From positions 9,796,001 to 9,860,000 of the forward strand of contig NC_043010.1 of the NCBI RefSeq assembly GCF_006345805.1: a stretch of 64,000 bases of DNA, written 5' to 3'. The position numbers and the translations under genes are program-made. Each line of letters starts with the position of its first letter. Position 1 is the first letter of the stretch. This DNA comes from Octopus sinensis. Its lineage: Eukaryota. Below are positions 46,811 to 60,494 of the stretch, in pieces. Under the pieces are notes generated by a model. That model was not told the origin of the DNA, searched no databases, and saw only the letters and a program-made list of their open reading frames with translations.

Positions 46811-48526
46811 CTAGCAGAGATACCTGGCGTTGCCCGGTTACATTCAATTGAAGAATTAGATTTTTCTGTTATATATATATGGATCACACACACACACACA
46901 AATATATGTATATTAATATCACATGATCACATAACCGACCAGACCATCAGACGTTGTTACACATCGCTGGTCACAATGCGTTCGCATTGTTTTAGCCTTC
47001 GAATGATGCCACCCCGCTGGCTAAGCGAGCAGGCCAACAGAAGAAAGAGTGGTAGAAAGTGTGGTGAAAGAGTACAGCAGGGATCACCACCCCCTGCCGG
47101 AGCCTCGTGGAGCTTTTAGGTGTTTTTGCTCAATAAACATTCACAACGCCCGGTCTGGGAATCGAAACCGCGAGTCCGACGCCCTAACCACTGGGCTATT
47201 GCGCCTCCACGTATATTAATATAAATACATAAAAGTACATGAAGTTTGTTAAAAAAAAAGGGGATCATGTATATACCTCCTGGCTGTTGAGATTATAACA
47301 CCTCGTTGTAAACAATGTTCCTTGTTTTCCTTGTGGAGCATATACAAAAAGGTTTCTCTTGGTTCCTACTCTTGAGCAGCCAACATACAGTTGCCCATGC
47401 GAGGAGCAGGGCTCTTCCAAGAGAAGACCAGCTACAGAGAGGGTTGACCCTGAGATTTGTTAATGGACATGGCAAAGCTGACACGAAGGGGGAATTGCAG
47501 TCTTCTGAATGTAAATGGAATTTCTGCTCCTGATGGAGTAAGAGGAATTCTTGGAATAAAAACGTCATCACTTTTTCCACATCCAGAAAGAATGATCGCC
47601 TCGATAATGTGTGACATCATTTTCTTTATCACCAGTCGTGTTCCATTGCAAAATCTTGGTGGTTCCAGATTGCGGGTTAGCATTACAGGAGTTCCAAATT
47701 TAAGTGCTAATATGTGTGGAGGTAGGATAGTTCACAACTTCATTTATATCTGGAATTGTATCAACAGACATGTAAGTGTGTATAGTGCCGGGAAGAGAAT
47801 GCATTAGCTGTTGATTAATTTTGTTAACAGCGACGTTTTTTGGAGCTAATATTGCTCTTTCACGCAGCCAATTGTGATTTTGGTAGTTTTGTGTGAAGTT
47901 GGGAAAGACTTTGTTTTTGAGGTCATCTACAGAATTAACAACAAAGGAAAATGACCACACTTCCATTTGTCCTGCAGCATCGAGAGGCATCTTGCCTTCA
48001 CCAAGTGTCAAAATGTCCTGTGCAGATTTTGTGGACATTTTGTCGCCATGTAGCTGAGCTCTCATGTTAGAATTTTATACGAATTGCAAATACACACACA
48101 CATATAATAAGGGTGAAAAATTGAACATTAATTTGATTAATATGAATTGAAAACCAGTGGTGTAGCATATAAGACCATAGCAGATCTTCTTCTAGCAAAA
48201 TGGATGACCATTGTTAATGGTTCATCCCTGTTATATAATACTTTCACTTTCATAGTTTCAGTATTAAAGTGAAAGTGTCTGCATTACAATAGAGAGATGT
48301 TTTTGTTTCACTTTTAACACCTAATACTGAAATAGTGGAAAAGATATGATATTGCTGTGGGGTCACCCTAGGCAAAAATTTTTTTTGTTTTTGCTGATGA
48401 CACTCCCCGTACCTTAAGTAAGGCATGTGTAAAATTTGAATGAAATTGGTTCTGTAGTTGTCAAGTTTTAGGGAAACACACAAACAGACAGATAGACGCA
48501 CATTCTCAGTTTTATATATATAAAGA
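46811..48526 (-). mobile_element. Internally deleted Helitron with Pif1-family helicase remnant
   Basis: 5' A|TCTTTATATATATAAAA at 48526; 3' ccgggcaacgccagg hairpin plus CTAG|T at 46811. Helicase motifs: WLRERAILAPKN, LTRNLEPPRFCNGTRL, RRLQFPLRVSFAMSINKSQG, SHGQLYVGCSRV, TRNIVYNEVL* (48065..47293). Confidence 0.93.
46920..47210 (-). mobile_element. SINE family C nested in the Helitron, 12-bp TSD GTATATTAATAT
   Basis: TSD at 46908..46919 and 47211..47222. Confidence 0.92.
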
Positions 48527-48781
48527 TTGATACATGACGTCACTTAGCCCAGTCTCCTTAGTGTTTACAGCTACTCTCACTTGCACACCCACACAGCTAA
48601 TACTTTTAACTAACCCGAGTCTGCCTCGATTATCTCCCCTTATATATAGTAATCTTACACTGTCATCTGCGAAATTTATTTTCTTCTCATTTATGTCTCA
48701 TCAAAGAGATCCACTTATAAAAGATATAATTACAGCTGCAAGGTGAAATTAATTGAGTTGAAAGGTAAAATCTCTTTACTC

Positions 48782-49197
48782 TTTTTACTCTCTCTTTTAC
48801 TTGTTTCAGTCATTTGACTGCGGCCATGCTGGAGCACCGCCTTTAGTCGAGCAAATCGACCCCCCAAGACTTATTCTTTGTAAGCCCAGTACTTACTCTA
48901 TCGGTCTCTTTTGCCGAACCACTAGGTGACGGGGACGTAAACACACCAGCATCGGTTGTCAAGCAATGCTAGGGGGACAAACACAGACACACAAACACAT
49001 ACACACACACTTATATATATATACATATATACGATGGGCTTCTTTCAGTTTCCGTCTACCAAATCCACTCACAAGGCATTGGTCGGCCCGGGACTATAGC
49101 AGAAGACACTTGCTCAAGGTTCCACGCAGTGGGACTGAACCCAGAACCATGTGGTTGGTTAGCAAGCTACTTACCACACAGCCACTCCTGCGCCTAT
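48782..49197 (-). mobile_element. SINE family A, full-length
   Basis: Homology to other copies. Confidence 0.92.
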
Positions 49198-49335
49198 GAA
49201 CAAAATCACGTAAGTGTTATCTAATTCAAGGTTTGATTGATTTCATGCAGCCTCCAATTAAAGGCATTTCAACTGTGACCATCCCAAATTATAATGAACC
49301 ATACTGTTTTCAAGACCAAATTATCAAATGTTACC

Positions 49336-49764
49336 GGATCTTTTCGGTTTGAACGGCAGTTTTTTTTAAATAATTTCCACGTAACTAAACACTTTTAAAC
49401 TTCGTATACTGGTAGTATGTGTTTATAAAACATCTTTTTCTCTTGGCTTTATTGAGAAAATTCTATAGCTTGTAAGATATTTGTTGGTTTTTTATTTTCT
49501 TCAATTTCTGCAATTTCAACCAATCAATGACGTCTATTGAGGTAAAGAAAAAAACATTCTGTGCCGTATGAATATGTCCCTCGTTTAAGAAACAGATTGG
49601 GTTTATTTACATTTGTGAAGAAAAAAAGATACCCTTCCCCCCACCCCTAACCCTAACCCTAAAACAGATTGAAATGCAATAGATCGATACTAGGGTCATA
49701 ATTATGGGTGACAATTTCATATGACACCGCTAGAAAAAAACTGCCATTCAAACCGGAAAAATCT
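49336..49764 (+). mobile_element. GGATC-ended MITE, 8-bp TSD ATGTTACC, internal (CCCTAA)n
   Basis: About 25-bp TIRs; TSD at 49328..49335 and 49765..49772. Confidence 0.9.
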
Positions 49765-50181
49765 ATGTTACCTTCAATCCTATGTACGCTGTTTATATTA
49801 GTCGGGACTGGTGTCCTCATCTTGTTGCTTTCACTGTGTTTTGGCTATTGAATGCTCCATGCAGTGCAGTCACCTAAATGTTTTGTGTTTATTATAAAGC
49901 AAGGCACTTAAGTGAACCACACAAAAAAAAAAAAATCAACTGGAGCAAGAAAAAATAATGTCACATAATGCAATGAGTGAAACGAGAACAGTGTATCCCA
50001 TGAATCATGGAAAGGGTTAGGTTTAAAATTCTAACCAAGTCCAACACAAGACACCTGAAGAAGGCTGGAGTATGCAACAGCCAAAATGTAGTGTGAGGAA
50101 TAATCAAGGTGAGGACACCATCCAGCTAATATATAAAGATTATATATATAATATGAATTCCTCTTCTCAGAAATATAGAAT

Positions 50182-50588
50182 TACTTTACTCTTTTACTTG
50201 TTTCAGTCATTTGACTGCTGCCATGCTGGAGCACCGCCTTTAATCGAGCAACTTGACCCCGGGACTTATTCTTTTGTAAGCCCAGTACTTATTCTATCGG
50301 TCTTTTTTGCCGAACCGCTAAGTGACGGGGACGTAAACACACCAGCATCGGTTGTCAAGCAATGCTAGGGGGACAGACACAGACACACAAACAAACACAC
50401 ATACATATATATATATACATATATACGACGGGCTTCTTTCAGTTTCCGTCTACCAACACCACTCACAAGGCTTTGGTCGGCCCGAGGCAATAGTAGAAAA
50501 CACTTTCCCAAGGTGCCGCACAGTGGGACTGAACCCGAAACCATGTGGTTGTTTAGCAAGCTACTTACCACGCAGCCACTCCTGCACC
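50182..50588 (-). mobile_element. SINE family A, full-length
   Basis: Homology to other copies. Confidence 0.92.
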
Positions 50589-51016
50589 TTTACTTCTTGT
50601 TTTTTGTTTTTTTTTGTTTCTAAGTCTATCATTATAATCATCATCATCATCATCATCATTGCTAAGTGTCTTTTTCCCCCATGTTTGCCTATGTCGGGGC
50701 AAAATCCATTGCCATTGGATTTTTACGGCAGGACATTCCTCCTCTTACCAACACTCACATGTTTTCAAGTAAGGTGATATTTTTCCCCTAGTCCAGTCAT
50801 GTTTACACTAAAAGTCACAAACAAATAATGTCGCTTGTATGAGAGAGGCATGTATTTCAACTAGCATGCAACAACAACAACAACACAAGGAGACACACAC
50901 GCACAACACATGAAAATACACTCACACACAAACATAAACACAAATACATACCCCACTCTCTTTCTCTTTCTTTCCTTCTCTCTCTCTTTCTCTGTATATA
51001 TATATATATATATATT

Positions 51017-51413
51017 ACAACGCCGCCCCGACTGGCCTCCATGCCGGTGGCACGTAAAAGCACCATCCGTTCGTGTCCGTTACCAGCCTCGCCTGGCCCC
51101 CGTGCTGGTGGCACGTAGCACCTTCCGTTCGTGGCCGTTGCCAGCCTCGCCTAGCCCCCTTGCCGGTGGCACATAAAAGCACCATCTGTCCGTGGCCGTT
51201 TGCCAGCTCCGTCTGGCACCTGTGCAGGTGGCACGTAAATAGCACCCACTACACTCACGGAGTGGTAAGTGTTAGGAAGGGCATCCAGCCGTAGAAACAC
51301 TGCCAGATCAGACTGGAGCCTGATGCAGCCTTCTGGCTTCCCAGACCCCAGTTGAACCGTCCAACCCATGCTAGCATGGAAAGCGGACGTTAAATGATGA
51401 TGATGATGATGAT
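51017..51413 (-). mobile_element. Family F element with three to four sub-repeats
   Basis: Homology; (GAT)n terminus. Confidence 0.85.
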
Positions 51414-51525
51414 TACATCATATGTAAACAAATTTAAGTTTGGTTTTGAAGCACTGAAATGTATTGTTGTACATGTAGAAAGATATATTTTAAATGTTGA
51501 AAAAATATAACTTTCTACTTGTGCC

Positions 51526-51527
<2 letters not shown>

Positions 51528-51563
<36 letters not shown>

Positions 51564-51632
51564 TACATATATACATATATACATATATACATATACACAT
51601 ATACACATATACACATATACACATATACACAT

Positions 51633-51694
<62 letters not shown>

Positions 51695-51728
51695 GATAGA
51701 TGATAGATAGATAGATAGATAGATAGAT
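51528..51728. repeat. Compound (TA)n-(CATATA)n-(CATATACA)n-(TAGA)n microsatellite
   Basis: Direct reading. Confidence 0.95.
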
Positions 51729-52204
51729 TGGTCTCAGATTTTGGCACCAGGCCAGCAATTTTGGGGTAGAGAGTAAGTCGATTACTTCAACTCCAGTACT
51801 CGAATTGTAATTATTTTATCAACCTTGAAAGGATGAATGGCAAAGTCGACTCCCATGGAATTTGAACTCAGTGTAATGATAGACAAAATACTGCTAAGCA
51901 TTTCGCCCGGCGTGCTAACAATTCTGCCACTAAGCATTTTGCTTGGTATGTTAACGATTATGCCAGCTCACTGCCTTGGGTTGTCCACATATAATTGGTG
52001 ATGAGATAAAGTTGTGTAGCCCATTCTGTTAGTGATTCTCAATAGGAATGCTATTTGATTTTAAGAACAATTCTTTTTTATCTACTCCAATAAAAATATG
52101 ATTTTTATATATTTAATTTTTGGTTTCATGGCTAATATTTCTGTGATGACAGGGATATTATATTTTTGTTAATAACTCTAAGAAAGGAGGAAACATCTCA
52201 ATAA

Positions 52205-52617
52205 ATATTCTTTTTAACTCTAGGCACAAGGCCCAAAATTTTTGGGGAGGGAGCTAGTTGATTAGATTGACCCTAGTATGCAACTGGTACTTAATTTATC
52301 GACCCACCCCACCCCAAAGGATGAAGGGCAAAATCGACCTTGGGGGAATTTGAACTCAGAACATAAAGACAAATGAAATACCTATTTCTTTTACTACCCA
52401 CAAGGGGCTAAACACAGAGAGGACAAACAAGGACAGACAAACGGATTAAGTCGATTATATCAACCCCAGTGAGTAACTGGTACTTATTTAATTGACCCCA
52501 AAAGGATGAAAAGCAACGTCAACCTCAGCGGAATTTGAACTCAGAACGTAAAGACAGATGAAATACCACTAAGCATTTCGCCTGGCATACTAGCATTTCT
52601 GCCAGCTCTCCGCCTTT
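52205..52617 (-). mobile_element. SINE family B: head plus two bodies, the last with an alternative tail
   Basis: Junction at 52382/52383; the final tail ...aattttgggccttgtgcctagag differs from the usual tail. Confidence 0.85.
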
Positions 52618-53348
52618 GATAAAATAGATATTGTTTATTAATTAATATTATCTTTGGCTCCCTTTTTGAATTCAATACATTGATAACCAATAGGCATACT
52701 TATAAAATAAAAAAAAGCCAAAAAACACAACTGTAATTTTCTAAAGTAATTTTTTACACTCAGAATTCTTGAAGCATAATGAATTCCACAAATTGGTTAA
52801 TAGCTTTTGGGTCACTACTGTATTCTTTAAAAATTCCACATTTCTCGAAGTTCACCTACACTATTCCCGATGTACTTAATCACCCTTATTTCTTTATGGC
52901 TATTCTTTCAGTTCACATTTCCTTCCTTTTGTATTTTATTCTGTGAGTCATGCATGCACTTCTAGACTTTGTTTTCTCTCTTTATTTTCTTGATTTATTG
53001 TCTCTCTCTCTCTCTCTGTCCCTTCCTTTACTGTTTTCTGATGAGCTGTTGTGCACCTGAGTACTATATAGAATAAGCTCTCATTAACATTCATATTTAG
53101 AAAAACTTTACCTACTTAACTATTCTCTATCAGGGGAGTGGTACCTGAAATTGTTTAATAATTCAAAAATTTTCTCTCTTTACCATCAATTACATAATAC
53201 TTCTTTGAATTAGCTTAAGAGATTCAGTCACTCACTTCACAACTTAGAGTATAATATTACTGCCACTAAAAACACCAAGCAAGGATGAAAAATCCAGAGT
53301 TATCTCCCGTACCTGCTCGTGAAGAAAGAGAAAAATTATATTAGCTGC

Positions 53349-53572
53349 GGGCTGGCAGAAACGTTAGCACGCTGGTGAAATGCGTAGCCGTATTTCGTCT
53401 ACCGTTACGTTGTGAGTTCAAATTCCGCCGAGGTCGACTTTGCCTTTCATCCTTTCAGGGTCGATAAATTAAGTACCAGGTACGCACTGGGGTTGATGTA
53501 ATCGACTTAATCCGTTCATCTGTCCTTGTTTGTCCCCTCTATGTTTAGCTCCTTGTGGGCAACAAAGAAATA
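53349..53572 (+). mobile_element. SINE family B monomer, 12-bp TSD TATATTAGCTGC
   Basis: TSD at 53337..53348 and 53573..53584. Confidence 0.9.
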
Positions 53573-54283
53573 TATATTAGCTGCTAGCTAAAATTTTAAT
53601 TTTTTACAACATAATTTGATTATAATTTGGCTCCATTCTAATTGGAATATTTAAAAATTATTGAACTCACTTTGTTGTCTATACCATCAGAAATATAACA
53701 GCATAACCTAAATACACCACCCTCATTTTAGAGTGGACTATAAAAGAGGTTTAATTTACTTGGCAATCCACCCTTTTACTGTACAAAATATGATTATATA
53801 ACTATTGAAAAGTCATTTTTGGTAATATTGTGTTTTTGAAACAATTGAGGCCTCTGAATTTCAGCCTCATTTGTTGAAAAGTCCTATCTAATTACCCATA
53901 ATTCTTTCTAATCCCACTTTCATCTTACGTAAGGAGTTGGTGACAAATATCTTTTGTACACCGCATGGTCGCTCCTAACAAAATAAGAAGCCAAATACAC
54001 GACATATAAAATACAGTACCGAAAGATATAATGAAGGAAGACATGTACCTTTCTTATAAAGGTTCTAAGCAAAAGACAGTGTGGAGAGGTGATTAGTTCT
54101 TATTCCTGAGAATTATGTACCTCTGGAGCTCATTCGCAGCTGGTTTCTCTTCTGTGCAAGGACTTTTGAAACACAAACTATATTAACAATAGGGTTAGAA
54201 TAAAATGAAATAATCTGGAGAGAGTAGGAATGGTCTGTAACGTGTGGTCATGGAAGGAGTTCTCATTAGTCATATATCTTTAA

Positions 54284-54681
54284 CTAGCAGTATCGCCCGG
54301 CGTTGCTCGGGTTTGTAAGGGAAATAACTATATAAGCATTTTTAGAGAGTTATAGCCAAAAGTTAGGAAAAAAATGCATTAAAAATTAAAAAAAAATTAT
54401 GGTAAATTTTTTAAAAAATCGTTGACTCATCGTAGACATTTTTAGAGAGTTACTTCCCTTATATAATAGCGAAAAAATGGATTAAAATGGAAAAAAATGA
54501 TGGTAAATTTATTTTTAAATCGTAGACTCATCGTAGACGCGTGCTAATACCCAGAAGGGCTCGATATGAATCACGACTATAAGATACCCGGTTTTGGTTA
54601 AACTGCACCGCAAAATGTGGGAGTAGTTAGGAATCTAAATCGTAGGAGACAGACACACAACTTCTCTTTTATATATAAAGA
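54284..54681 (-). mobile_element. Non-autonomous Helitron, 398 bp
   Basis: Minus strand A|TC ... hairpin-CTAG|T; paralogue of 45664..46343. Confidence 0.9.
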
Positions 54682-55002
54682 TTGTACGTACAAGACCGAG
54701 AAAGATATTTTGTGAAACACTGGCAATTGCTCATGCAAACGAGTTCCTCTTTTCCATGTCACTGATGTTATTCAAGTGAAAGACCATTGCTTAAGGGCCA
54801 CTAGAGTATTGCCTCAACATCATTAACCTTTTAGCTTTCATATTACTCTCTCAAATGTAGTGCTTATTTCTTCATATTGCTCTGAATTAATCATGCATTA
54901 TCTTGTAGCTTTGAGATTTTCATGGTATGTTTGTTTAGTTTTAAAATGACATTGCAGGGTAGATGTAAGAGGCTGAGTCTTGTTTGTTTGAACATAAAGC
55001 AG

Positions 55003-55525
55003 CCACCCTGGCACCTGTGCCCGTGGCACGTAAAAAGCACTATCCATATGTGGCTGATGCCAGTGCCACCTTGACTGGCTACTGTGCCGGTGGCACGTAA
55101 AACCCACCAACTGATCGTGGTTGTTTCCAGCCTCCCCTGGCACCTGAGCCCGTGGCACGTAAAAACTACCAACTGATCGTGGGTGTTTCCAGCCTCCCCT
55201 GGCACCTGTGCCGGTGGCACATAAAAGGCACTATCCGTATGTGGCCGATGCCAGTGCCACCTTGACTGGCTTCCGTGTCGGTGGCACGTAAAAACCACCA
55301 ACTGATCGTGGCCATTGCCAGCCTCCCCTGGCACCTGTGCCGGTGGCACATAAAAAGCACCCACTACACTTATGGAGTGGTTGGCGTTAGGAAGGGCATC
55401 CATCTGTAGAAACACTGCCAGATCAGACTGGAGCCTGGTGCAGCCTCCTGGCTTCCCAGACCCCGGTCAAACCGTCCAACCCATGCTAGCGCGGAAAACG
55501 GACGTTAAACGATGATGATGAGGAG
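55003..55525 (-). mobile_element. Family F element with about six sub-repeats
   Basis: Homology; possibly nested in a degenerate TTAA MITE spanning 54827..55554. Confidence 0.85.
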
Positions 55526-56703
55526 GAGAATATGGCTGGTTTAACCACTAAGGGTTGAAAGAGTTGCTGTCAGACTGTGAATGGCTGGAGCAGGTACTGG
55601 AAAGTAATCTCATTCAACTCCTTGAAAGTTTAATTAATTCACCATTCCTGATTGGTACATTTCATTGACCCTTGAAAAATTAAAATTAAAGTTGACCTCA
55701 ACAGGATTTGAACTAAAAGTGTAAAGGCCCCGCAGAAACTGAGTCATTCTATTCAATGTTCTAACAAGTCTCAATTTTCCATTTTATAAGGCATGGCTGT
55801 GTGGTTAGGGAGCTTGCTTCCTAACTACATGGTTTTGGGTTCAGTCCCACTGCGTGGCACTTTGGGTAGGTGTCTTCTGCTTTAGCCCCGAGTCGACCGA
55901 AGCTTTGTGATTGAATTCGGTAGGTGGAAGTTACTGCCGTGTGTGTATGTGTGCGTATAGCTGCTCAGTGCCTCTCCGAAAGAGAGAGGGAGGGATCACA
56001 AGAAATTCAGAAGAGTTCACTAAAAGAATTTGCAATAAGTTCATTTGCCACCTTGAGAGGTAAGGAATCTATCAGTTTATACTTTTGATTTTTGTCTCAG
56101 AACGGAGAAATGAAGTGAAGATACATGACCTAGTGGTTTGGCACTTTTAAAATTATGTCATAAGGTTGTGGGCTTGATACTCTGACTGGATGGCACATTC
56201 TGTCCTTGGGCAAGCTCTTTCATTTCACATTGTTTTGGTTTATGCATCAGAGAATTTAGCTGCACTTGCTGAATAAGGATATCTTGTAGACTACAGGGTT
56301 TAGATCTCACAAATGCAGTGCACCAATGGCCCTTGATGATTGACCCCTTCTTTGATGCTGAGGAGAAAATGTGAGAATGTGGCATCGTTGTTGGAGTTAC
56401 AAAGTATTTTACTTGCCTGTTTCTCTTCCTCTTACCCATTTTCAGATGAAGAGTAAGGGCCCAAAACATTAGATTCTTCAGTTCCCATTTCTCATGACAG
56501 CTGGACTTGATGAACTCTCCCATGCAATCTTCTGTCTGAATTTATTGGTATCTGATATCTACCTGGATTTATTAATCCCTTTTACCTTGTTATACATACA
56601 TACACATACATACATACATACATACATACATACATACATGCATACATGCATACATACGTACATTACATACATACATACATACATGCATACATACATACGT
56701 ACA

Positions 56704-56734
<31 letters not shown>

Positions 56735-57022
56735 CGTACATTACATACATACATACATACATACATATATAGAAAGATAGATAGATAAATAGATAGATAG
56801 ATAGACTGACAGACAGACAAATATATGCATACATATATTGATGGATAGATAGCTAGATAGATAGAAAGAAAGATACATACATATATAGCCATACATACAT
56901 AGACACACACACACATATACACATATATGTGCTAATATATATATATATATATATACATACAAACACATACACATAAACACACACATATAAATATATATGT
57001 ATGTGTGTGAATGCGTGTGTGT

Positions 57023-57073
<51 letters not shown>

Positions 57074-57971
57074 CTTGTATGTATAAAGCACTGTGGCTTC
57101 TACCGATATATTGTTAAAGGAAAAGGGATCTATAAAAAGGTAAAATGCCTACGCATCACATTCGCTATAATTTAAATAAGGCAAGAACAAGAAAACAGGA
57201 GGCTTCAATGTCCTACCGACAAATATAGAATTAATATAGGAAAGGAATTAAAAAAAAATTTTTGATAGATACGGAAAGGAATATTTAAAAAAAAGGAAAC
57301 AGAAAGGAATGTAAAAACAACAATAAAAAAAAAACAAGACAGAAAAGAATTAAAAAAAAAAAAAAAAGTAACGAATATTTGCAATTAATGCCGATCGTTA
57401 ACATTCGTCATTCATGTAGCTCGAAGGCATCGGTATTTGGTTATGTAATGAAATGCCTCTCAACTTATCTGAAGAGAGTTAAGATTTTTCAAGAAGCAAG
57501 CAAAGCAAATTAACTCACATTTTGTGAATTCAGTCCATTAGTGGAACAGTGAAAGTCTCTGAGATTTTTCTGAATTTAACCATATGGTTTGATGAAGATA
57601 TATATATATATATATGTGTGTGTTGTAGGAAACTTAACAAAAGAATCTTTTTTGTAATGTTGGTGATGGATTTCCCATTGAAAATATAAAAATAAATCTT
57701 AATGAGAATCTTCATGTATATTTTTTTTTATTGTACATAAAAATAAATATGAATTCATCAATACTATCTCTAAAAAAATATATATATATATTTCGTAATA
57801 TGTTTTAGAAAATCCTAAAATATGTAACCTTATATATGTAAGAGATACACACACACACACACACAAACACAAATATAGTTATATATGCATGTTTATATAT
57901 ACATGTATATATAGATATATATAGACATATATATATACACATGAATATATATATATATATATATATATACA

Positions 57972-58005
<34 letters not shown>

Positions 58006-58551
58006 TATATGTATATATATATATATATATATGCATACATAAATACATATACATACATATATATACACATACAGACACACATATATATGTGTATATATAT
58101 ATATAATGGTAATGGTGCTGACCTATTCCCCTTGGATTATGAATATGAATAATTCTTTCCAACTATTACTCTGTGCTTTTCTTTTACTATAATATAAGGT
58201 GCATAATTATGACATCACTGAACTGAAGAATAAAGTTCTTTAATGATTCAAGACAAGAGACACTGGGGTGATTTCTCTCAGGTTTTTCTTATTGCCCGTA
58301 GCAAGAACTGAGCTCAAAGGTATCTGCTAACAAAGCATCATTAGTTACATAATAATACAGCTGTGTAAAAAAACAAAAATATGTGATTGGGAACAGCACG
58401 TCTTTGAGAGGTTCACTTGCCATTTGCTTGAATGCTGTCTTTCAGTGTGAAGCTTCTTTGCTAGGAACACAAAACTGAGCCAATCGTGAAATATAACATG
58501 AAGCATACCTTCTTCATGTTACCTTATCAAAGTTATATTTGCATGGATCTG

Positions 58552-59096
58552 ATAACACGTAAAAGGCACCTGTGCCAGTGACATGTGAATGGCACCAGTG
58601 CCAGTGACACGTAAATGGCCACGCCAGCCTCGTCTGGCACCTGTGTCGGTGGCACAAAAAAAACACCATCCGAGCATGGCCGTTCGCCAGCCTCGTCTGG
58701 CACCTGTGTCGGTGGCACATAAAAAGCACCCACTACACTCACGGAGTGGTTGGCATTAGGAAGGGCATCCAGCTGTAGAAATACTGCTAGATCTGACTGG
58801 CCTGGTACAGCCTTCGGGCTTCCCAGACCCCAATTGAACCGTCCAACCCATGCTAGCATGGAAAGCGGACGCTAAACGGTGATGATGGTGATGATGATCC
58901 ATGTTGGTGACACATTAAAGGCACCCGTGCCACTAATGCATAAACGACACGCCCACACAGTACGCTCTGTAGGGTGGGTGGCTTTAGGAAGGGCATAGAA
59001 ACAGAGCCAAGACAGAGTGGAGCCAGGTTCTGTTCTCCAGCTTACCAGTTCCAGTCAAACCATGAAACTCGTACCAACATGGAAAACAAATGCTAA

Positions 59097-59100
<4 letters not shown>
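58552..59100 (-). mobile_element. Two adjacent family F elements
   Basis: Termini ggaaagcggacgctaaacggtgatg (58870) and ggaaaacaaatgctaaatgatg (59090). Confidence 0.75.
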
Positions 59101-59143
<43 letters not shown>

Positions 59144-59214
59144 GGTGGTGATGATGATGATGGTGGTGGTGGTGGTGGTGGTGGTGATGATGATGATGAT
59201 GATGATGATGGTGG

Positions 59215-59245
<31 letters not shown>

Positions 59246-59370
59246 GGTGGTGATGATGATGATGATGATGATGACGCTGATGACGATGATGATGATGACG
59301 ATAACAACGACGACTATGATGATGTTGATGATGATTGTGATGATGGTAGTGGTGGTGGTGGTGGTGATTT
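59097..59370. repeat. (GAT)n/(GGT)n array
   Basis: Direct reading; contiguous with the family F terminus. Confidence 0.95.
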
Positions 59371-59845
59371 AGATTTGGTGGTGGTTTTGGTGGAGGTTTT
59401 GGTGGTGATGCTGATGATCACGATCTGTCAAAATCTCGCCAACTGCAGGGGTAGCTTTATCATCCCTAAAATTTCAACGCTTGTTTCATTGCACGATAAT
59501 AAAAGAGACTTAACACCTATTTCACACCTGTCCTTTCACTTTTCCCCCCTCTTTCTCACTTTCCCCTTCCCATTTCTGCACGTCCCATCTTTATTTCTAA
59601 TTCTCAGTTCTCTCCCCATTAATTCCTGACAGTCAGACCGCTAACACTTTAGTCTTTATTTATTCTCTCTCGAGAGGCAAAAGGCCAAAATATCAGACAT
59701 TTTACACCTCACAGCAATTAAACTAATCAACATCAGCATTCTACAGACTCATCCTTAGAATACAGGTTGCTGACACAGACCCTTTTGCAGTTGGTTCTGA
59801 TTCCAAAGTTTACTCTGCAAAACTTAGCCGTGATTTAGTAAGACA

Positions 59846-60286
59846 GCATCTTTTCGGTTTGAACGGCAGTTTTTTCTAGCGGTGTCATATGAAATTGTCA
59901 CCCATAATTATGACCCTAGTATCGATCTATTGCATTTCAATCTGTTTTAGGGTTAGGGTTAGTGAGGGTTAGGGTTAGGGGTGGGGGGAAGGGTGTCTTT
60001 TTTTCTTCAGAAATGTAAATAAACCCAATCTGTTTCTTAAACGAGGGACATATTCATACGGCACAGAATGTTTTTTTTTTTACCTCAATAGACGTCATTG
60101 ATTGGTTGAAATTGCAGAAATTGAAGGAAAATAAAAACAACAAATATCTTACAAACTATAGAATTTTCTCAATAAAGCCAAGCGAAAAAGATGTTTTATA
60201 AACACATTCAACCAGTATACAAAGTTTGAAAATTTTTAGTTACCTAGAAATTATGTTAAAAACTGCCGTTCAAACCGAAAAGATCC
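59846..60286 (-). mobile_element. GGATC-ended MITE, 8-bp TSD GTAAGACA, internal (TTAGGG)n
   Basis: Reverse-oriented paralogue of 49336..49764; TSD at 59838..59845 and 60287..60294. Confidence 0.92.
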
Positions 60287-60494
60287 GTAAGACATTTAAC
60301 AAGAACAATTATGTTTTTGTGAAGTATAGACTTGTTTTATGAAGTAGGATAGAAAACACATTTGGAATAATTGTTGTTATTTATCTCCACAATAACCCTA
60401 ACAGCTAACTTACTATAAAATGCTTTCTAGCTGTTACTGTTTTGTATATTTGCTGCTACATTGACAAATGTGTCCCCCTCCTATTTTAAGATGA

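Noticed and set aside
57513-57560. GTGAGT donor in a repeat-poor region as the first non-coding exon or promoter
   Set aside because: A single motif 24 kb upstream with no further support; TSS data would be needed.
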